Of a stretch of 64,000 nucleotides of DNA, positions 1 through 16,290 are shown piece by piece. The DNA is taken from NCBI RefSeq assembly GCF_009914755.1, contig NC_060927.1; one strand, written 5' to 3'. This DNA comes from the human T2T-CHM13v2.0 reference genome, Homo sapiens. How positions within the stretch are numbered: the stretch's first letter is position 1; each line of letters opens with the position of its first letter. The notes under the pieces are model-generated. The model made no database searches, was not told where the DNA came from, and was given only the letters and a program-made list of their open reading frames with translations. A program made the position numbers and the translations under genes.

Positions 1-2489
1 TATCTTAATGCTGCATTAGATTTCAGTTACAATGTTTTTTAAAAAAATCATATTAAATTATTTTTCGTTTTTTAAAAGATGCTTACTATAGATAATTATT
101 TTTATCAAAGCATATTAACATGTATTGATGTAATGTTATGAGTCTTTGCAGAAATAGTAAGTCAATTTGTATAATTAGAGCTACTTATACTGAATTATTC
201 TTGCATTCAAAGCATAATCTCTACTTTGTCACTGAGCATTTTTCCTTTCATATACTCAGGGATTGATATGCTAATGTTTGCCTGAAAACTTTAGACTTTA
301 TATTCATAAGTAAGGATATTGTTCCATAGTTTTCTTGCTTGGTAATCCTCTTAGGTTTTTCTGTCAGTTTTCCTAGCTTGGTAAAATAACTATGATCATC
401 TCCATTCTTTTCTCTATGCTGTGAACATTTTCTATAGTAAATGACATTTCTATTTTCTTCCAATAATACCTTTATTGAACAATATTATATGTCAGGTATT
501 GGGGACACACTCATGAATCATAAAACTACAATGCATCTTTGAAAATAACTTACAGGCGAGTCTATTTCCTGAAAGTTTGAGAGAATTAGTCTGGCCCCCT
601 TTTTGGAGGATGGAGGAGGGCATGTACTTTTTGACAACATTTCCGATTTCTTACATTTTAATGGATATAACCCAGTTTTCTACTTTTATTGTTCATATTT
701 TCTTGGAAAAATATTCATCTCTCAGAAAGTTTGATATTGTCTTTTAATAGATTAATATTCCTCTGTGATTATATTCCACTTACTAACTTAAGTGTTTCAA
801 AATCCTTTTTTCCCCTCTGATGTAATTGTCATATAGTATTTATTATTAAATCTGGAGCAAAGAACAAATTACCCTGCTATTACCACATAGTCTGTTTTTG
901 TCACATAATTGGTAATGTGACAAGAAGAATTGCCAAATCTGAGAGGAACTCATGAATACATTGAAGATAATATTTTTCTTAAATTGTGGAAAATCACTAT
1001 GTTGTGTGACCTTGGGCAAATAAATTACTTGCCTGGGACTCAATTCCTGAACCTATTACTTGAGAAGAATGTGAATTTCTCAAGACCCGTAGGCATGTTT
1101 TCTGAATCTGACCCAGGCACTAGGACGGTGGCTCTGATGTAGCAGGCTTTCAATAATAATTTGTTGAATTGAATTTTCTGCTGGAGGGCAAGGAGCTTGA
1201 TTAGATGACTTGTTGAGGTACGCGCCAATTCTAAGAGCTACCATATTACATTAGAAGAACAATTAAAATGATGAAAAGAAATTATTGTCAAAGAATTAAC
1301 GACATCGCAGAAATATAGAGGCCAGCTAGGGTTTTCCTTTTTATAAATCATCTAGCAGCAGCTTCACTCATTCCTAATTTAGTCATTTACCAGCCACATT
1401 CTTGGAATAATATTTAATTCTTTTATTCTGAACTCAATAAAGCCATTTGTTTTAGCTATTATTTTATAAGGAAAAATGAAATAGCTTAACTGTGTGACCA
1501 AAAACCAGTAATTCATTTGCACATCATGCTTAAATCAGTGAATTTTCTCTTACCAGTGTTTTTTGTTTGTTAATTGTTTTTTCCAAGCCCAGCTCACAGT
1601 GTGTGTTGAAGTGGATAATTCACATGGTTCTGAAAAGAGATAAAGGAAGAAAAAGATGTCACACGTCAATACATTCACGGTTCCCTATTTAATATAAATT
1701 TGAGAGTGAACTTGACGAATTATGAAAGTAATGCCTATTTCTATGTTATTCTCTCTTAGTAGCACGTTGATCCTTGACCATCTTTGTGTTTCTGTTTGTT
1801 TCTCCTCATGGAATGTTTTCCTTCACGTCGAAGGCTGCATTGCCAAAAGCAATGCCTAATGCTTTATTTTAGGATTTCCATTTATTTTAGCTATGCATGG
1901 TAAATATTTTCCCTTACAATCATCCATAATGAATAACTGTATTATCAACACTAGATTTGGAGCAAGATGTGGCATAGCAGAATCTCATGTAAACAATCAC
2001 TCACTGAAAATTCCATGAAGGTATAATCGTTTCGAAAAACTGTTAAGTACTATTATAATCTTGTAAAGGGCAATGGTCATATTAGACAATAATTCTTAAG
2101 TTCTAGATTGTGGGGATCTTACAGACCTGTTACATATATGAAAGTTTAAAAAACAAGATCATCTAATTTAACTCTCATTGGGTAATCATATTTATTTTTA
2201 ACTATTATCTGATGAATTATCTTAATAGAGGCTCTAATATTGAATGTACTCCTACTTTGGATCCAAGACCACTTCACCTTACAATATACTACAGTGACTA
2301 GTAAGCAACTTGCTAATTGTTTTCATCCAGATACCTCCCTCTCCAAAATTAAATCGGTTTTCTGTTTAAAGTAAAATAAATGCATGTGATTGTCTATATG
2401 TCTCAGTTGATTAAGCACAATAAACACATTCTATAAAACCTTTTCTAGAATCTTTTTCTGCAAGCAGCGATAAATAAAAGCATATAATT

Positions 2490-2711
2490 CGTGGACTATA
2501 GTTAATAAAATTTTATCATATTAGAGATTTTGTTAAATAAGTAGATTTTAGCTGCTCCTCTCACAAAAAAGTAACTATGTGAGATGACAGATACGTTGAT
2601 CTGCTTTGATACAGGAATCATTTAACTATCTCTATATATATCCCATAACATCACGTTGTAAACCTAAAAAAAAACCACAATAAAATTTATTTAAAAACAA
2701 TAATAATAAAA
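2490..2711 (+). mobile_element. Old L1M (L1MA/L1MB-type) 3' UTR end
   Basis: gtaactatgtgagatgacagatacgttgatc...cataacatcacgttgtaaacc followed by an A-rich tail resembles recalled L1MA/MB 3' ends. Confidence 0.65.
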
Positions 2712-3883
2712 GACATACATTGCTTCATCCCAACTTCCGCTCTGAGCAAAAGTAGTCACAGTATCTTGGGGATATGCTGTTAATTACTGAGGAAAAGGGA
2801 CTCATCCAGTGCCAACCTTACTTCTAGTGAGATGGATTCACAAAAACGTTAGGGTAAAAACTCATTTCAGCTATCAATACCTATTCTATAAAGAAAAGGA
2901 GAGGTACATAACATCTGAGATTTCTTCTAGTTCAGATGTTTAGGAATCCATGAATTCGTTTCTGTGAATTCTCATAACTGATAATCTTACTTAGAGTCAT
3001 GGTTGAGGACAATAAAAGTAAACTATGACCTGAATGACAAGGAGATTTGAGCAAAAGAGCAATAGTTTGATGATGCTGTGAAAATGTATCATCGTTCCGT
3101 GAGGTTTTGGATTCTTTAGCTTTTGTTCAAAATTGATGATGAGAAATATTTATGCATGGCAGTGAACTGAAGAGGCATAAATCAAAAGGACTTGGTGAAC
3201 CTTGAGTTTTCTGATTTTCATTATGTGAAGAAGCATGCAAAGTACTTTAAAACTGAGTTCTTCCACTCACCTTCTTCGAATGTCAGTGCTCACTGATAGA
3301 CTTCAATGATTTTACTGTGTACCATGGCCAGCAGAAATTTCATGTAGAATACTATCTTCAGAAACCGCCTTCTGAAGCCCTGACACTCCCCTCTTTCCTC
3401 TGAGTAATTCAAGGTATGATGGCACGTCAGCATGAAAGTGAGTTTTCCATTTCATTTCTTCCTAAATTGAAGCTGTTTGATAAATGGCGTACATGCCACA
3501 CAATGATGTATACCCACACTGTGATGTTTGACAGAAAGCAATTTTAAAGCTCTTACCTTTGCATTTCATATACTTATTTTCCAGGTTACCTTGGAAAGTG
3601 ACTAGGGTATCATACCATATACATTCTAACACAGGTTTGCATGTACATTTCAGATAGGAAGAAGGTGAGAGTTGAGTTTGTTTTCCAGTTATAAAAAACA
3701 AACAAATAAACAAAAACCACTTGTCCACCATATGACATCAAATTTCACTACACACTTTGGGTTTAGAAATCCTTTTATTGGAAATTAATTTTGCATATTT
3801 AAAAATAGGACCGAATTTAAGCATCACACCAATATCTTTCATTACATGATAATGTCATATATAAAACAGTTTATAGTTTGATA

Positions 3884-3961
3884 TTGGGTAGGTGCAAAAT
3901 TAATTGTGGTTTCTGCATTGAAAGAATGGCAAAAACTGCAATTACTTTTGCACCAGTCTAC
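3884..3961. mobile_element. MADE1 (Hsmar1-derived MITE), near-palindromic
   Basis: ttgggtaggtgcaaaattaattgtggttt...aaaaactgcaattacttttgcaccagtcta; terminal inverted repeats; TA on both sides (3882-3883, 3962-3963). Confidence 0.9.
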
Positions 3962-4258
3962 TATTACTTGGCTGTTATCTTTCAAAAATCTAATTTGGAA
4001 GACTATCAACTCATAATGATGAAAGGGTACATGAGTTTCCACTTTATAGTAGCACATACTTTTCTTATATTTTTGGGGTTTCACTTGTCAGATTTAACCT
4101 TTTCTAGTGCCTTAGTAGAAGAAAATTACCTACCAAGTGATTGGTGATGAAATCTCATAAATGACAGCTAATTGTCAGCTATTGATTTCAAAACAGTAAA
4201 TTTATGCTCAAGTAATTTTGTTTGCAAATTTAATATGACTGTGTCATTCTCTCATTCC

Positions 4259-4363
4259 TTTTTTTTTTTTTTTTTTTTTTTTGAGACGGAGACTCAGTCT
4301 GACACCCAGGCTGGAGTGCCGTGACGCGATCTCGGCTCACTGCAAGCTCCACCTCCCGGGTTC
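4259..4363 (-). mobile_element. Severely 5'-truncated AluY-like (about 80 nt of right arm plus A-tail)
   Basis: poly-T then gagacggag...cactgcaagctccacctcccgggttc; TSD tgtcattctctcatt at 4242-4256 and 4367-4381. Confidence 0.9.
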
Positions 4364-4679
4364 CACTGTCATTCTCTCATTTCTATTAATTTTTCCGATT
4401 AAAAAAAGAGAGACTGTTTGTGAAGTGGTAAAGTCAACAGAAAATGCAAACACAGATGTACGATACATTGGTGTTTAGATGCAAAATAAGGCAATTTTTG
4501 CTTTTTAAATTCTTTAAGCACTATTTAATTGATAGGAAATAGAAAAACTCCTAGCTGTGATGGAGGGCATTAGAAAGGGCTCTCTACAATCTCTGCAGAT
4601 TCCTCTTAACAATGTAGAAGAGCTAACATAATGAAGTGAAAAATGAGACAAAACACATCCATGTCCAATTCTATTTCTG

Positions 4680-4850
4680 CCATTAGTGGCTGTATCATCT
4701 TGACCAAACAACTTTGGCCTTTCTGAGCTTCAGTTTCTGACTGTGTAAAATTGGCACGGAGATACCTACTAGGTGGAGTTGTTAAGATTTAAAAGCGATG
4801 AAATTTATATGTTATGCCTGACTTAGCGGGTGCTCAATAAATATTATTCT
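4680..4850 (+). mobile_element. MIR fragment
   Basis: ctgagcttcagtttctgactgtgtaaaattgg...gtgctcaataaatattatt, MIR core and 3' end. Confidence 0.7.
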
Positions 4851-6260
4851 TTTCTCATATTTTCCAATTATTAATACTAGAATTTTCACCAACAGAATTT
4901 TTTAAACATTTTAAGTTACCCAGAGTCTTCTAATAGCAACAGCTACTGGAAGCGGCAAGAATTTAACCCTAATCAGCTTAGAAATTATTCTTCCTTTTTT
5001 GAAGCGTAATAGCTGGTTACTTAAGTGGGTGATTATATGACGGAGGTGAAACAGATAAAGCTATAACATCATATAACTGACCATTTATTGATACTTTTTC
5101 ATTATCAAAAAGATATATGTTAATTTTAGGAAAAGATACAGAAGTAGAAAGAATTTTGTTTTTAAAGTTATTTCAGTTCTGTGGTCCAAAACCCATACTG
5201 GCACTCTCCTTTTTCATGCCATGCTTTTGATTTCTCCTCATTTACATTGCCCTGGCAATTATTTCTCTTCTTTAGAAGTGAGCTTCAAATCAAAATAAGA
5301 TTATTTTCTCCTTGGAATACAAGACTTCGGCTAGAATATAAATTCTGTGCTGAATAATAGTGTGTTAAATCATTGCTATCTGAGTTAGTGAGCCATTCAA
5401 ATATTTTTGTTTTCATGCTTATAAGAAATGCAAAACTATCGAAGAGTTAGACTTGGTCATTAACTTAGCTGGTCCTGCTAGCCATCCTATATTATCAATA
5501 GCCATAATTCAACCAATGGTGAATATAGCCAGCCTTGCTACCACTAAAGGACCTTGGAATCTTTACAAGGTGGCTTCAGAGCAGTTTTGAGAGAGTTTAC
5601 AAGGAGATAATGATGATGTGTTAAATTACAAGCCAAATTTTGAAAGGAAGGTTTAAAATGTTAATACTGTCAAGGATTGAATAATCTTGAATTTGAATCA
5701 AAATTGTTTCTTTAGCCTTAATAGCATTAAAAAGATAATATTTAAACATATGGGTCTTTCTATGATGATTTTGGGAGAACCGTAGATTCTAGATATTAAT
5801 TACTTCCTGTTCTCTGCCTATGGAAACAACAACAAAAAAAGCAGAAATAATATATTTACTATTTGTGAATCCCTATTATAGGATAAATGATATACATCTG
5901 GGTGGGGGCTTAGAAAAATTGTTCATTCTCAAATAGATGATAATATTTTTACTTGTTTCTTCACTTGTGTTATTAATAATATTTGTTTTATATAAACTGA
6001 TTTTATTAGCTTGTTTACTTTCTCTGATAGAAAAGCAATACATGTTCATTACAGAATATGCAGAAAATACAGAAACTTTTAAGAAGAAAAATAAAAATAA
6101 TTTCTTCATTTGATGTAACAACTACCTTTCTGTTACTATGTTTCCTTTTCTACATTTTATGTTACTGATTGTTTTGGGTTATTTTTAAATAGTTGATTTT
6201 ATATTAATATATGACTTTATAATAGGATATTGTTGCTAAACTCTTTAACACATATATTTC

Positions 6261-8059
<1,799 letters not shown>

Positions 8060-10264
8060 ATATTTCATCATCTATTGTTATTGCCTTGAAACATTAGTTG
8101 GTGTAATCATGGTATACATTTATTTAATCATTTATTTTTTAAAAATACTAGACTGTTTACTTTTTTCTCTTCTTTTTTAAACATTATAAGTTATATGGTG
8201 ATTAGCATCTATGCGCATAAAATTTTTTCTGATTCTCAGTTTCTTCTTTTTAATAGATTTTTGGAAATTATTGGGTCAATGAGCACAAATATGTTAAGGC
8301 AAATTGGATTCCCAAAGGATTATAATGGTTTACCCTCCTGTGAGCACTTTGCAATTGTGTTTTTTCCACTCTGTGGCTGGCTTTGATATGTGTGGTGATT
8401 GTTTTTCCCTTTCTATTTAAAAAGTCCTTGAATAGATTTGATGACCACATCATTAACTCTTGGTTTTCAAAAAGGTACAGTAAAGCCCCAAAATTGAGGA
8501 AGGCACATTTGAACATCATCGAAAAAACTGTATTTAGGAGCTGAGTGTTAAGAATAGGTGAGAGTAAGGATTACACAGATTCAAAATGCACAGGTTGCTA
8601 GGAAGAGGTAAGATATGTAAAGAGTACTTTTATATTTCTGGGCCAAAAGATCTAGGTGAGGTGACAGCATTTATTGATATGGAAAAAGAGTTCAATCATC
8701 TAAGTTGATTTTTAAAGAATTTCTATCTTCTAGATAAGAAAGTTCTTACAGCTCCACTAATAATTTGTAGGATTATGATTCCTTCATGGTGCCCTAAATA
8801 ATCTCAAGAAAAGGTTAAAATGGACAAATTAAATACTATAACATTTATTCTTATTCATTTTCAAAGATGGCAGAAAATGAAACACAAATAATTATTTGCA
8901 AGTAGAAGCTACTTTATGAACTGGATAAGAATACAGTTCACTTGATCTTTAACAAATGTTGATTTTCATACAAGTATGATTCAGCACAGCCTTGGCTCAT
9001 ACATTCTTTATTCATGAGCTCTGGAAGTGCAGCTCAATATCTCTTGGATGTATATAATTACAAATTAAAACATACCTCTTCCTTTTCATTTTGGTGGAAC
9101 CCTAGGGAACTACCCTCCTAAAGTACCCTGCTACATACATCAAGGTCTACAGAGGCTTTCACATTTATGCTTGAACCAAGGAGTATAACAATATTTCATT
9201 TCCCACTGATGTGCTGTGAGGTGAAAAGTACACTTGGAAATGGTGGGCTGAGAGTAATAATAATATTAATAATTGATGTGTCTGCAGTTCATTTAATCTT
9301 TAAACTCCACAGCTAAGTTGTCATATCAAATTATATAAATTGCAAATAAAAGACCTTTGCACTGATTTGCACATCAAGGTAAAGATGCAACTTGGAAAAC
9401 CCTGAGCTGATTTATTATTCAGTTGCATGGTCTACAGCAAAGCTTGCCAGGCAGCTGAGATTGAATTTCAGGTGTGTGACAAAGAGTTCTTTCAATCAGG
9501 CCTTGAGACAACCAGGTGTGGCCCTCAAGCTGATCATCTCAGATCCTGAGCAACCTCCTCTGGGGCTTGAGCAGTGTCTGAAGGCAGATCCCATGGTTCT
9601 GCAGCCAGTGAGAATGAGTGACTTCCAGCATCTGCTGCTTTGCCCTCATATGCGAATGTCATCAAAGAATGATGCCAACAGCAAAGCACTCTGTGGTTTG
9701 TGAAGAAGGAATCCATGGTACTGTTAAATGAGTTATTTCAGGTGTTCAAGGATGGCAACTGGCATTCCAAAGCCAGGAGATGGCAGGAAGGTGATGAGCA
9801 AAAGAGCTGGGACTTCTGATGGGTCCAGCTCCAGGCAGCAGCCCTGAACCTCTATGATTGATTTTTTGTCACTTCAGTTGGATGGACCCTTTTAGTGGAG
9901 TCCAAGCTAGCTGCAAGTGACTACTATAGTTATGTGTATACTTGAAGCCTTATTATTTTCAGATACTTGTTATAAAATGCTTTGATGAGAGTCTACAACA
10001 ATTTGCATTATTACAAAAAGTCTACATTACATTTTTCAATGAAGGAAAGTGAAGAACTCTTGATTATTTCAATATATTTTCAACTCTTTTCAACTTTGAA
10101 GTTATAAATGTTTTACTTTTCCTATCATCAACTTATACAAACTCATTTTCAATATAAACTCAATGATATAAAGAGATTATCACTAAAACATTTTTGATCA
10201 AGAATGACATGTTAGCCATTTTTACCATAAAGTTTGATGTAAAAAATTATTTTCCTACACACAC

Positions 10265-10698
10265 TGTTATGGGTTGAATTGTGTCTCTCAAGTAGATATG
10301 TTGAAGTCCTAACCTTCAGAACCTGTGAATGTAAACTTTTTTTGGAAATAGGATCTTTGCAGATATGATAAAGTTAGGAAGAGGTCATATTGGATTAGAG
10401 TGGGCCCTAAATCCAATGACTGGTGCCCTCATAAGGAGAAAGAGATTTGGAGACACACACAGGGATAATGCCAAGTGATGACTGAGGCAGAGAGTGGAGT
10501 GATGCATCTACAAGCCAAGGATTGCTGACAACCACCAGAAGCCAGGAAAGGGCAAAGAATGATTTCTCCCTAGAGCCTTTAGAAGGTGCATGGCCCTCCC
10601 GACACTTGATTTTAGACTTCTCTAGCCTTTAGAACTAAATCAATTTATGTTGTTTTAAGTCACCCAGTTTTTTCTTACAACTCTAGGACACTAATACA
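10265..10698 (+). mobile_element. MLT1C-like MaLR solo LTR
   Basis: Begins tgttatgggttgaattgtgtc, ends ctaataca (TG...CA); internal gagtgatgcatctacaagccaagga. Confidence 0.9.
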
Positions 10699-10959
10699 GA
10701 CATACTCTCCAGTTTTTCATTACAATAAAAAATACTTTATTTCAAAGTTTTACATTATTGTTCTATTTAATATCTCCTCAATTTTTGTGTTTCATTTTAA
10801 AATTTTTATATAATATGAAAAATGTAATATATTTTTTACCAAATTCAGTATCATTGTCCCCCAAATCCTCTCCAGTTTCTCAGTAGATGTCAGATAGTTA
10901 TTATAATTCTCTGTATGTGAAAGATGTAAAAACAATGAAGAAATATGTTTCTAGTACTC

Positions 10960-11080
10960 ATAAAGAAGGTATACTCTGAGTTAATTGTGTGGAGTATTCT
11001 GTGTTTATAGGTTCAATTTAATTGATAGTTCCAAAGTCTTCTCTATTCTTGCTGATTTTCTGTCTAGCTGTTCTATCCGT
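10960..11080 (-). mobile_element. Old L1M ORF2 fragment
   Basis: gtcttctctattcttgctgattttctgtctagctgttctatcc resembles antisense L1 endonuclease-region sequence. Confidence 0.5.
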
Positions 11081-14000
11081 TTGGTTGGTTATTTTGTTAT
11101 TTATATCCAGAAGTATCTCAAATAATTACATTTTTCTTATGGGGTTGTATATTAAACAATCAACAAAGGTTTACTGAAATTATAATAGTATCATCAACAT
11201 TACTACTAAAACAAGTTGCACTAACCATTGCTTTAGCTTTCTTAGAACTACACTGTTAGATTTTGTGCCTTTGCAGCTGAAAGCCTCCAAGAGCTATAAA
11301 CTGCAAGTGTGTAACATAAAATTTGATTTACGTAATGGCTTATGAAGAATAAATAATGCTGAATTGTTTCCGCATCTCTTACCCTGAGAGATGATCAATG
11401 AGCATGTGAGGTGGAGAATACAAGACAGCTCTTACCATGTTACTTTGGGAAGCTGATTTTATGATGATGCCATTAACTGATATAGAGAGAAAATTACTGT
11501 TCTGTTGTACATGTACTAATTCTAGAAGGAGATGCTCACGAGTTTTAAAATAGCCACGTTTTTCTAACTTTGGAAGTATGTTGAGGATGGAAGCTTGTTG
11601 TAAGAATCTGCCCAAGTTTACTTCTTTACAAAACACCTCTCCTGTTTGTGCTGTAACTCCTTACATATACAGCTACCTGAGTAGTTTCATTATTGTTCCT
11701 ATCTTAGCCATTTCTGGAGACTGGACCTGGCTTTAATATCCCTCGATGATCCAAATGTCTCCTGAGTGCTCATGGTACTTGATGCTACCAGTGTTCCTTT
11801 CCTATTACCCTGACCTTAACATATACAAGTCAGTTCTTTGTGCTTCTGTTTTATCATCTGCAGAATATTAGGGTTTAAATAGATAAGTATTGGGGTCCCT
11901 TACTTTTATGGTTCTGCATTGCTTTTGTTTCTTCTGTTGCTTATTTAGACTCTAAAATCACATTAAGATGACTCTAAAATTAAGGTATCTAAATTATGAT
12001 GACCATTTCTTTCTCTGAACTTTAACCCCAGAAATTGCTATTATTCATGACTTGTTTTTCAGTTGTTTTGGTCCATTTTGGCTACAACGTTCTAAGCCAT
12101 AAGCACCAACCTCATATGTTTTCAAAGGCCAGGCAAACAACAATAACGAAACTGAGAGTAATATGGAAATATTGGACTTGAGAACATACCCTGACAAAAG
12201 CCAAAGATAATGTGATATGCATACTAAGAAAACAAATTCCAGGGATTGCATTATTTTTGTAGGCTGGAATTTTGCAACTTAAAAATATAAAATTTAGTTC
12301 TTTCCTAGAGCTGTTTTTCTTAAGCCTGTCACCTTTGCTATTTGTTTAGACCATCCTGATGCCCCTCCTCTGAGGTCAATGCTGTAGCTACTCTGGAAGG
12401 GACACCTATAGATGTTGAGATTGAGAACTTGGAACCTTATTGACTTCCCCACTTAAGTGGCAATGTCATGCATCTTCCTTGCCGTAACAGCAGATTCTAC
12501 TATAACAATCTTCCATTTATTTTCATCAACTATTATGTTACCTCCTGTGAAAGAAATGCTAAAAGCACTAACTTTTTTTGATATCTTTCTCTGTTCTTAT
12601 ATTTACTCAGCACAATGGTTTAAGTCATAACCAACATTGAACTCTGGCTTTTATGCTATTTATGTAGTCAGTGCCCATAAATGTATCTTTATGAACCACA
12701 GCCTAAAGCTACCAGGCAGCTTCGCTCTCAGAAGGAAATAATAAAAATATTTTCAGCTGATGCAAATAAATGGCAATCATGGACACTGCAGAAGATAGTT
12801 GAGAAATTCCCAAACTGAAAAGCCTATACCAGAGGAGTGGTTGCGAGGAACTGAGATACTCGCTGTGGCCACCTAGTAGCCCAGTTCATAATGACACCCT
12901 TTACTCTCATGGAGAAAGCCTGTTCCCAGAGTGTTACCCGGGTGCATCACCAGTTTAAGAGCACTCAGTGAGTCATTCATAATGTCAGTCCTTGTCATGA
13001 TTAAAATGTGAGCAAAGATAAGTTTGACTGTCTACTCCAATGATCTTCTGAGATTTGATGAATATTAATTTGTCGAGTCTTCAGTCATCAAAAATGTCAA
13101 TCTAAAAATCCCTCTGTGTAAAAACAGCCAAACAGTGAGCATCGAATCTATGTAACTGGGGTTGGGGGTGTTCAACACTGGGAAGGAGCTCCCTTTTATA
13201 GCCTGCTTCTGATATGACACAATCAACAAATGATCAGTTGCAGTGGGAACCAAAGGTAGGTGGGGCAATTCTTTGTACTTTTCCCCTTCATCCTTTTTTG
13301 GGTGGGGTGGGGTGGGGGGTTTATTCTTTTATTTTCTTTTTATATTTTCTAACCTATAAAATTCAATAACTTATTCATTCACTAATTGAGTAATTAACTA
13401 CCAAACAATTATGTTATTATCAACTTCCAAGGTTTCCCCCCCATTCTCTGATTTCTAGGATGAGTCTCCTTTTTGGATACTTAGACTTCCTTCTGGTGAG
13501 CCAGAACCATGGCTGACCTTAGCTCACAGATTTTTTCTTTCCTGTCCCCAACTACAGAAGGGCTATGGAACAACTCAAATAGCAGCTACTAACAAGTCCA
13601 TAACTGAACAGATGGTTCCTATTGCATAAAAATATTGTCTAAATGGCCCTGACCACTGCTTTGCAGCCTCTTTTCTTCCCACTTTGTCCTTAGCTCCCTC
13701 CCACCAAAACTGCCTAGACTGTCCTGAAGCCTAAGAGGCTAGATCTCTTTCCTCAGCCTTTAAACACCAGATGGCTGTTCCTAATGGAAGGCTTTTAATA
13801 CTGTTTCTAAAACATGTTACTTACAGCCAGCAACCCTATTTCAAACAGACGACAAAACCAGCCAGCATAATTTGATCCATTTTTCCTCTTCTTTACCCTA
13901 TCCCAGATATAACTATCTCTGTAGCTCTCCTCTAGGCCCCCCAGAGGCTTAGGATAGGAGATTAACTCTTCCACTTCTATAAATCTAGTCTCCCTGACCA

Positions 14001-14212
14001 TATGGATTGTACCCCACTCTGTCTACTCACAGACCAAACTCCAACTCTTAACCCCTTATTTTCCAATAACTTCTTTCCTTGTGGCCCCTTCCCATTTGCC
14101 TTCAATCATGTATACTTCTCTCCTACATAAGAAACATGTAAATTCCTTTTCTTGCTCCCCCAGCCCACCATTCAACCATTCAATTGTCCTCTTTATTTTA
14201 ATGCAAACTCTG

Positions 14213-14327
14213 AATATATATATATATGAGTATATATATATATACTATATATATGTGTATATATATATACTATATATATGTGTATATATATATACTATAT
14301 ATATGTGTATATATATACACATATATA

Positions 14328-14385
<58 letters not shown>
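14213..14385. repeat. Compound (TA)n/(TG)n microsatellite containing a 22-26-bp higher-order unit
   Basis: tatatatatactatatatatgtg repeated three times, then (TG)n and (TA)n. Confidence 0.95.
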
Positions 14386-14389
<4 letters not shown>

Positions 14390-14765
14390 TTTCTTGTTGC
14401 TTTCCTGCTTTGACACTGTCCCTCCCACTACCATCACTGCAGAAACTACTCTCTATAAAGATACCAAGATCACCTCTTTTGGTCAAATTCAAAAATCACC
14501 TATTGTTTCTTCTTGTTTCCCATTCTCTGCAACCTGTTGAACTTACAGATTTTTGTTGATATCATAGAAGTTAGAGCAGATGTAACAGTCCTTGGATAAT
14601 TTGAGGAGAAAAATACAGATAAAGAAAAAGGAATGGCCTTCCATGGAGTGGGTTAGTACCTGTCATGGCATGTAGGAAAGACTAAGCAGGCATCCATTTA
14701 TTCTGCTTTTTGCAGCAATGTAGATCCATACTCTTGTCCTTGGAGTAAGAACTTAAGACTTATTT

Positions 14766-15084
<319 letters not shown>

Positions 15085-16049
15085 TTAAGACTTATTTTAT
15101 CAAATTTGATGCCCTATTGCAGCATCCTACTGCCATAACAGAGTGAACTCAGTATTGACCATCTGCTTTCTGAAAGCTCTACTCCCTAGCTGCTGAGGCT
15201 TTAGGTCTCCAACTATATTCCTGGCAGTTTTTTGTGTTTCATATCCCTATCCCTGTTTTAGTTTGCTCTTGAGTTTGGCTTTATGTTTAAGGGCCTTCTG
15301 GTTCTCATGTGTTAGACTGAGCTAACTATCAGACTGGGCCACCACAAAATGAGGAACTTTAAGCAAATAAATCACTGAGACTGGGAGTGCCCAAGGAAGA
15401 AACACTGGCATGATATTCTCCTCTGATAGTTGCCTGCTGCATGTAGAACCTGCTGGCCCACTTTGGCATTGCTATTGGACTGAGGATTGAAGTTTATACA
15501 TCAAAATGATGAAGCACATGTTTTTGTTGACTACTTATCCTTCCCATTGAAATATTAAAAGAAATACAAAAATATAAATAAGGCATTATTCGCACTAAAA
15601 AATCGGAAAGAGACTATAAACAGATCAGAACCTTGAGGGATTTCTGAAAAATGTAAAGCAGAAAAGATTGAAGTGAGAATGAAAAATCAATTTACAGGCA
15701 AAAGATAACACCACCAAAATAAAAATAAAAAGTTTCTGATCAGAATCCAAAAGCTCAATGTCAGAAAACCCAGGGTTACAGGTGGAGAGTGAGCTTGGAC
15801 TTGTTATAAAGTGACTAATCAAAGGACGAAAACAAAACAGAAAAAACCAAACAGACAAAAACCTCTGCAATACTCTCAGAGTTGTTTTCTAAGTCTCAGT
15901 TCTAAGCTACAATATTCGTTCTCCATGTAAAAAGGGAGATCTGCCTTTGGAAATAGCTAGAACGAGTTTGTGGTCCAGAAACCAGAGCTTTGCTCCAGGT
16001 AACTTCTAGCACCATGACTAAACAGACTCTCCACACCTGAAAGGGAGAC

Positions 16050-16290
16050 CAGCCTCCTCTCACTTCCTCCACTGCTCCCACTCTGCTCACATTCCCCCAT
16101 GGTCTGGATGATTGCAAACATCTCCTTACTAGTGCCCCTGCTTCCACGCATGTTCTTCTAAACTCTATTCTCCCCAGAGCACCCAGTGATTCTTTTAGAA
16201 CATGAATGATGTCATGTTGCTCATTCGCTCAAAATCTCACACACATTCCAAAGTTGTAATAGTGACCTCTAAGACCCTATGCAATCAGCC
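16050..16290 (+). mobile_element. L2 fragment
   Basis: ctggatgattgcaaacatctccttactagtgcccctgcttcc...gtgattcttttagaacatgaat, typical of the L2 3' region. Confidence 0.7.

Noticed and set aside
3356-3377. 8-bp hairpin cttcagaa...ttctgaag
   Set aside because: Short enough to occur by chance in 64 kb
9392-9703. 103-aa ORF in a locally GC-richer patch
   Set aside because: Non-ATG start and no recognisable domain; possibly an old repeat that I cannot name
14081-14559. YI/CV-repeat ORFs, or a CRISPR-like array
   Set aside because: TA/TG microsatellite with no unique spacers, in eukaryotic DNA
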